DNA of 64,000 nt from assembly GCA_023920165.1 (NCBI GenBank), contig CP089275.1, positions 1,860,001 through 1,924,000 on the forward strand. The letters are read 5' to 3'. This DNA comes from Curvularia clavata (lineage: Eukaryota). Numbering within the stretch: the stretch's first letter is position 1; each line of letters opens with the position of its first letter. A model generated the notes under the pieces. That model did not search any database and was not told the origin of the DNA. It saw nothing but the letters and a program-made list of their open reading frames with translations. Below, in pieces: positions 61,412 through 64,000 of this stretch. A program made the translations under genes and the position numbers.

Positions 61412-62848
61412 ATGTCCGAGCCCCGTCAATACTTCGATTTCCTCAAGCTACCCCGTGAACTCCGAGACGAGATCTACGAGTATGCACTTTGTTCCTTCAC
61501 TCAACACTGTGGCCGGTATGACATCGAGGATTGTGCAGCCGTGTCCTCAAGGGCAATGTTTGAGAGGCGTCGTTTCACTGGAAATCTCAACCTGTTACTA
61601 GCCAACAAACAAATCCACGGAGAAGGATATGAGTGCATGCTCACTAACAATCTGTTCGTCCTTATCCAGTGTCCGCATTACATGCTTGAAACGTTGATCT
61701 ACGGCCATATACCTCATATCCCTATTTTGGACTATCGCACTCATACTGGGTCTGAGCAAGATAGCATGAACGACTACCCATGGTACGTCATGCGTCTGAA
61801 AATAGAGGAAAAGTTTGGCTATTCAGGGTCAGCCATGCCGAGCCGTCAGTATCCCGACATTGTCATGCTATTGGAAGACTGCATGGAGTTGTTCAAGAGA
61901 TTCGGAGTCCATCTTCACGAAGACTTTCTGCCTGATCCAAAGGGCAAATCGAACAGCAATTGTCGACCATTGAAAGTGGAGGTGGAGCTCAACTCTAGGA
62001 AACAGGGTGGGGACAGGAAAACCAGCTTTATGGATTTGCGGAGTTCATACCCAGCTATTGATCAACGGAAGCTTCTTGAGCTTGTGAAAGGTGGCTTTCG
62101 CGACTGCGACTACTTCGAGATCAAGAATTGTGACGATAGCGCCCTGGCTGCGGAGATTATTGAAGCAGTGTCCAAAGGCCTATCTATGAGCCTGGACACT
62201 TTCCGTTCTCACCTGGAAAGCCACGCTCGCCACGCCGAAGCCTCTTTTAAATCAGGGGACATCACAGAATGCGCCAACCTCTGTGCTGCAGGCATCGAAC
62301 TGGTTCAGCGCGTCCGTTCCAACGGTTCGCTCATGCCCAAGCTGCGTGATGAAGGGCTGCGAGATTGTGTCGATGTGAGCAAAGCAAATTACGAGCTGCA
62401 TCATCTTTTAGCACAATGTATATTCGCATACCTTCCTACACTAATGGACGGGTCGGCCGAGGCTGGTAAGGAAGGGCGCATCTCCAATATTGCCCAATAT
62501 CTCAGGGGCCTATTCCAATGGTATGACTCAAGGGCGTATGGCTTCCTACCGCGATACCGTCTTTCAGGTGACGACCAAGCGGCAGCTTGTTATATGAGAG
62601 CAAAAGTCCATCGGCTTGGTCTCGAGTACTGTGGATCATCGTTTGACCCCGAATTTATAGAACACATCCAGAAGGCTCTGAGGCTTGAGCCCGAAAACGT
62701 TGATTATAAGCAAGAGCAGGAGAAAGCAATTATATGGCATCAGGACAACGCGAGATATCTTGATTGGTTGCGTGAGACCGACTGTCGGGAGTTTCGTACT
62801 ATGCCGCGATGGAGGGAAGAGATTGATCATTCGAAATATCTACTTTGA
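61412..62848 (+). CDS. Hypothetical protein with N-terminal F-box-like motif and C-terminal TPR-like helices (478 aa, intronless)
   Basis: FDFLKLPRELRDEIYEYAL, LLLANKQIHGE, and C-terminal AACYMRAKVH...IQKALRLEPEN. Confidence 0.7.
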   Translation: MSEPRQYFDFLKLPRELRDEIYEYALCSFTQHCGRYDIEDCAAVSSRAMFERRRFTGNLNLLLANKQIHGEGYECMLTNNLFVLIQCPHYMLETLIYGHIPHIPILDYRTHTGSEQDSMNDYPWYVMRLKIEEKFGYSGSAMPSRQYPDIVMLLEDCMELFKRFGVHLHEDFLPDPKGKSNSNCRPLKVEVELNSRKQGGDRKTSFMDLRSSYPAIDQRKLLELVKGGFRDCDYFEIKNCDDSALAAEIIEAVSKGLSMSLDTFRSHLESHARHAEASFKSGDITECANLCAAGIELVQRVRSNGSLMPKLRDEGLRDCVDVSKANYELHHLLAQCIFAYLPTLMDGSAEAGKEGRISNIAQYLRGLFQWYDSRAYGFLPRYRLSGDDQAAACYMRAKVHRLGLEYCGSSFDPEFIEHIQKALRLEPENVDYKQEQEKAIIWHQDNARYLDWLRETDCREFRTMPRWREEIDHSKYLL

Positions 62849-63224
62849 GATGCAGCAGCACAAGACTAGTTGATGGCTCATCAGGGCGTTGTACAGCGAC
62901 AAAGGTTGTTGTCAGTCGAGTTTGTACCTGGTTGCTAGACTAAGATTCCTTGAAGAAATTCTAATAATGAGCTCACGATCATTATGCTTTTTCTTAAGGT
63001 ACGCAGGGTGAAGTGCATTCAATTTTGACCAGTTTATTCAGGCGTATGTTTATACGGGGAGACTGCATGAGCACTGCGTGGTGCTGTTAAATAAGAGAGC
63101 CTACTTGATTGTCAAGCACCAGTTGCTGCATTGGATCAGGTATCCAACCTCTAGCAGAGTCAAGATTCTATCCTGTTGTTGGCGAAAATTTAAGATTGAA
63201 ATCAAAGGGCTACAGAGCAAGACA

Positions 63225-63660
63225 TCAGGGTAAAGAGCGTAATGATAGGATCACAGTACGAAGATTGAACACGCTCGATGACTTGTAAAGCGCGAAGGTT
63301 ATTTGTCCCCCAGATAAGGAGAAGCCCCTATCTAGTGCGCTTAGTAGAAACATTAGCAGTGATATTTGTATCTTATAATTATATAGGCCTGCGCTAGTAA
63401 CTGCCAAATTTCTAGACACCCAGTATACAAGTCTAAGGATAGTAGTGCTAGGCCATCCAGTCTATGGCACCAGAACTCTAATATATAGTCTACTATACTA
63501 AAACTCCGATATATCATCAATGCGATAAGGTTTTAATAGGGTAGATGCTAAGGCCCTAATACAGACGCCTGTTTATCAGAGGAACAAATAACTTTTGTTG
63601 TTGTAAAGCCTACAACGCAAATCCAGGCCCATAGGTACATAAGGCTAAGATATCGCAGTC
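63225..63660. other. AT/TpA-rich degenerate segment, possible RIP-mutated relic
   Basis: Visibly dense TA, TAG and CTA motifs (e.g. ctaatatatagtctactatactaaaa) and no long ORF. No transposon domain recognised. Confidence 0.3.
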
Positions 63661-64000
63661 CGCCCAGTTCTCGACGGCTTTAAGAGGTCTGATTGCCAGA
63701 AGAATGCATTGTCAGAAAACCATTTACCTAATCAAGGTAATTTATACAAGTCTAGCTCGCCGCAATTGTCGGCCCAAGCGACTTGCGTTGTTAGGTAGGC
63801 GACGATACTAGATAGTGTCTTGGCGGTTCCGAGGAATCTAAATCAGGAGAAAGTGTCAAATCTTGGCAGAATGCCAGACTCAACAACAAGCCGTCCAACT
63901 GGAAATCGGGATTTCCGCTGGAGTGCTAGATGGAGCAGGAATAGCTGAGTCCGAGTCTCCAATATGAAAATATCGTATGTTATGGAAAATCCACGCCCCA

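Noticed and set aside
1..64000. tRNA, rRNA, CRISPR arrays, intact transposons, secondary-metabolite backbone genes
   Set aside because: None recognised by eye; small ncRNAs cannot be excluded without tRNAscan-SE or Infernal.

Overview
Gene-dense window from a filamentous ascomycete. Short GT-AG introns with CTAAC/CTGAC branch points and the gene content suggest a Dothideomycete/Pleosporales-like fungus (inference). About 25 protein-coding genes, most of them spliced, can be reconstructed by hand, in order: INP1-like (5' part only), usgS-like membrane protein, formamidase, Prx5/Ahp1-type peroxiredoxin, Skn7/SrrA, eIF2B-epsilon, Ariadne RBR ligase, an accessory-looking block (multi-TM hypothetical, small secreted NTF2/SnoaL-like protein, But2-domain secreted protein), an atypical patatin, ketopantoate reductase-like, ribosomal protein eL42, Src1/Heh1, GH131, two tandem small basic paralogs, malic enzyme, HAM1/DUF4449-like, OST3/6, a coiled-coil protein, stomatin, acyltransferase-3, Ssr4, and an F-box-like/TPR orphan. 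I recognised no tRNA, rRNA, CRISPR array or intact transposon. The most interesting signals are post-transcriptional: (1) a 518-nt eL42 intron closed by a long-range stem and holding hairpins around an internal in-frame 5' splice site; (2) an AUG-less in-frame extension with a bipartite-NLS-like motif upstream of the Ariadne ligase; (3) two branch-point/acceptor pairs in the SRC1 intron that would give a short isoform; (4) a malic enzyme with both a mitochondrial-type presequence and a C-terminal PTS1-like AHL; (5) a usgS-fmdS tandem with a GATA cluster; (6) three GC-AG introns. All gene names come from motif recognition by eye, not from database searches, and exon boundaries are manual predictions.
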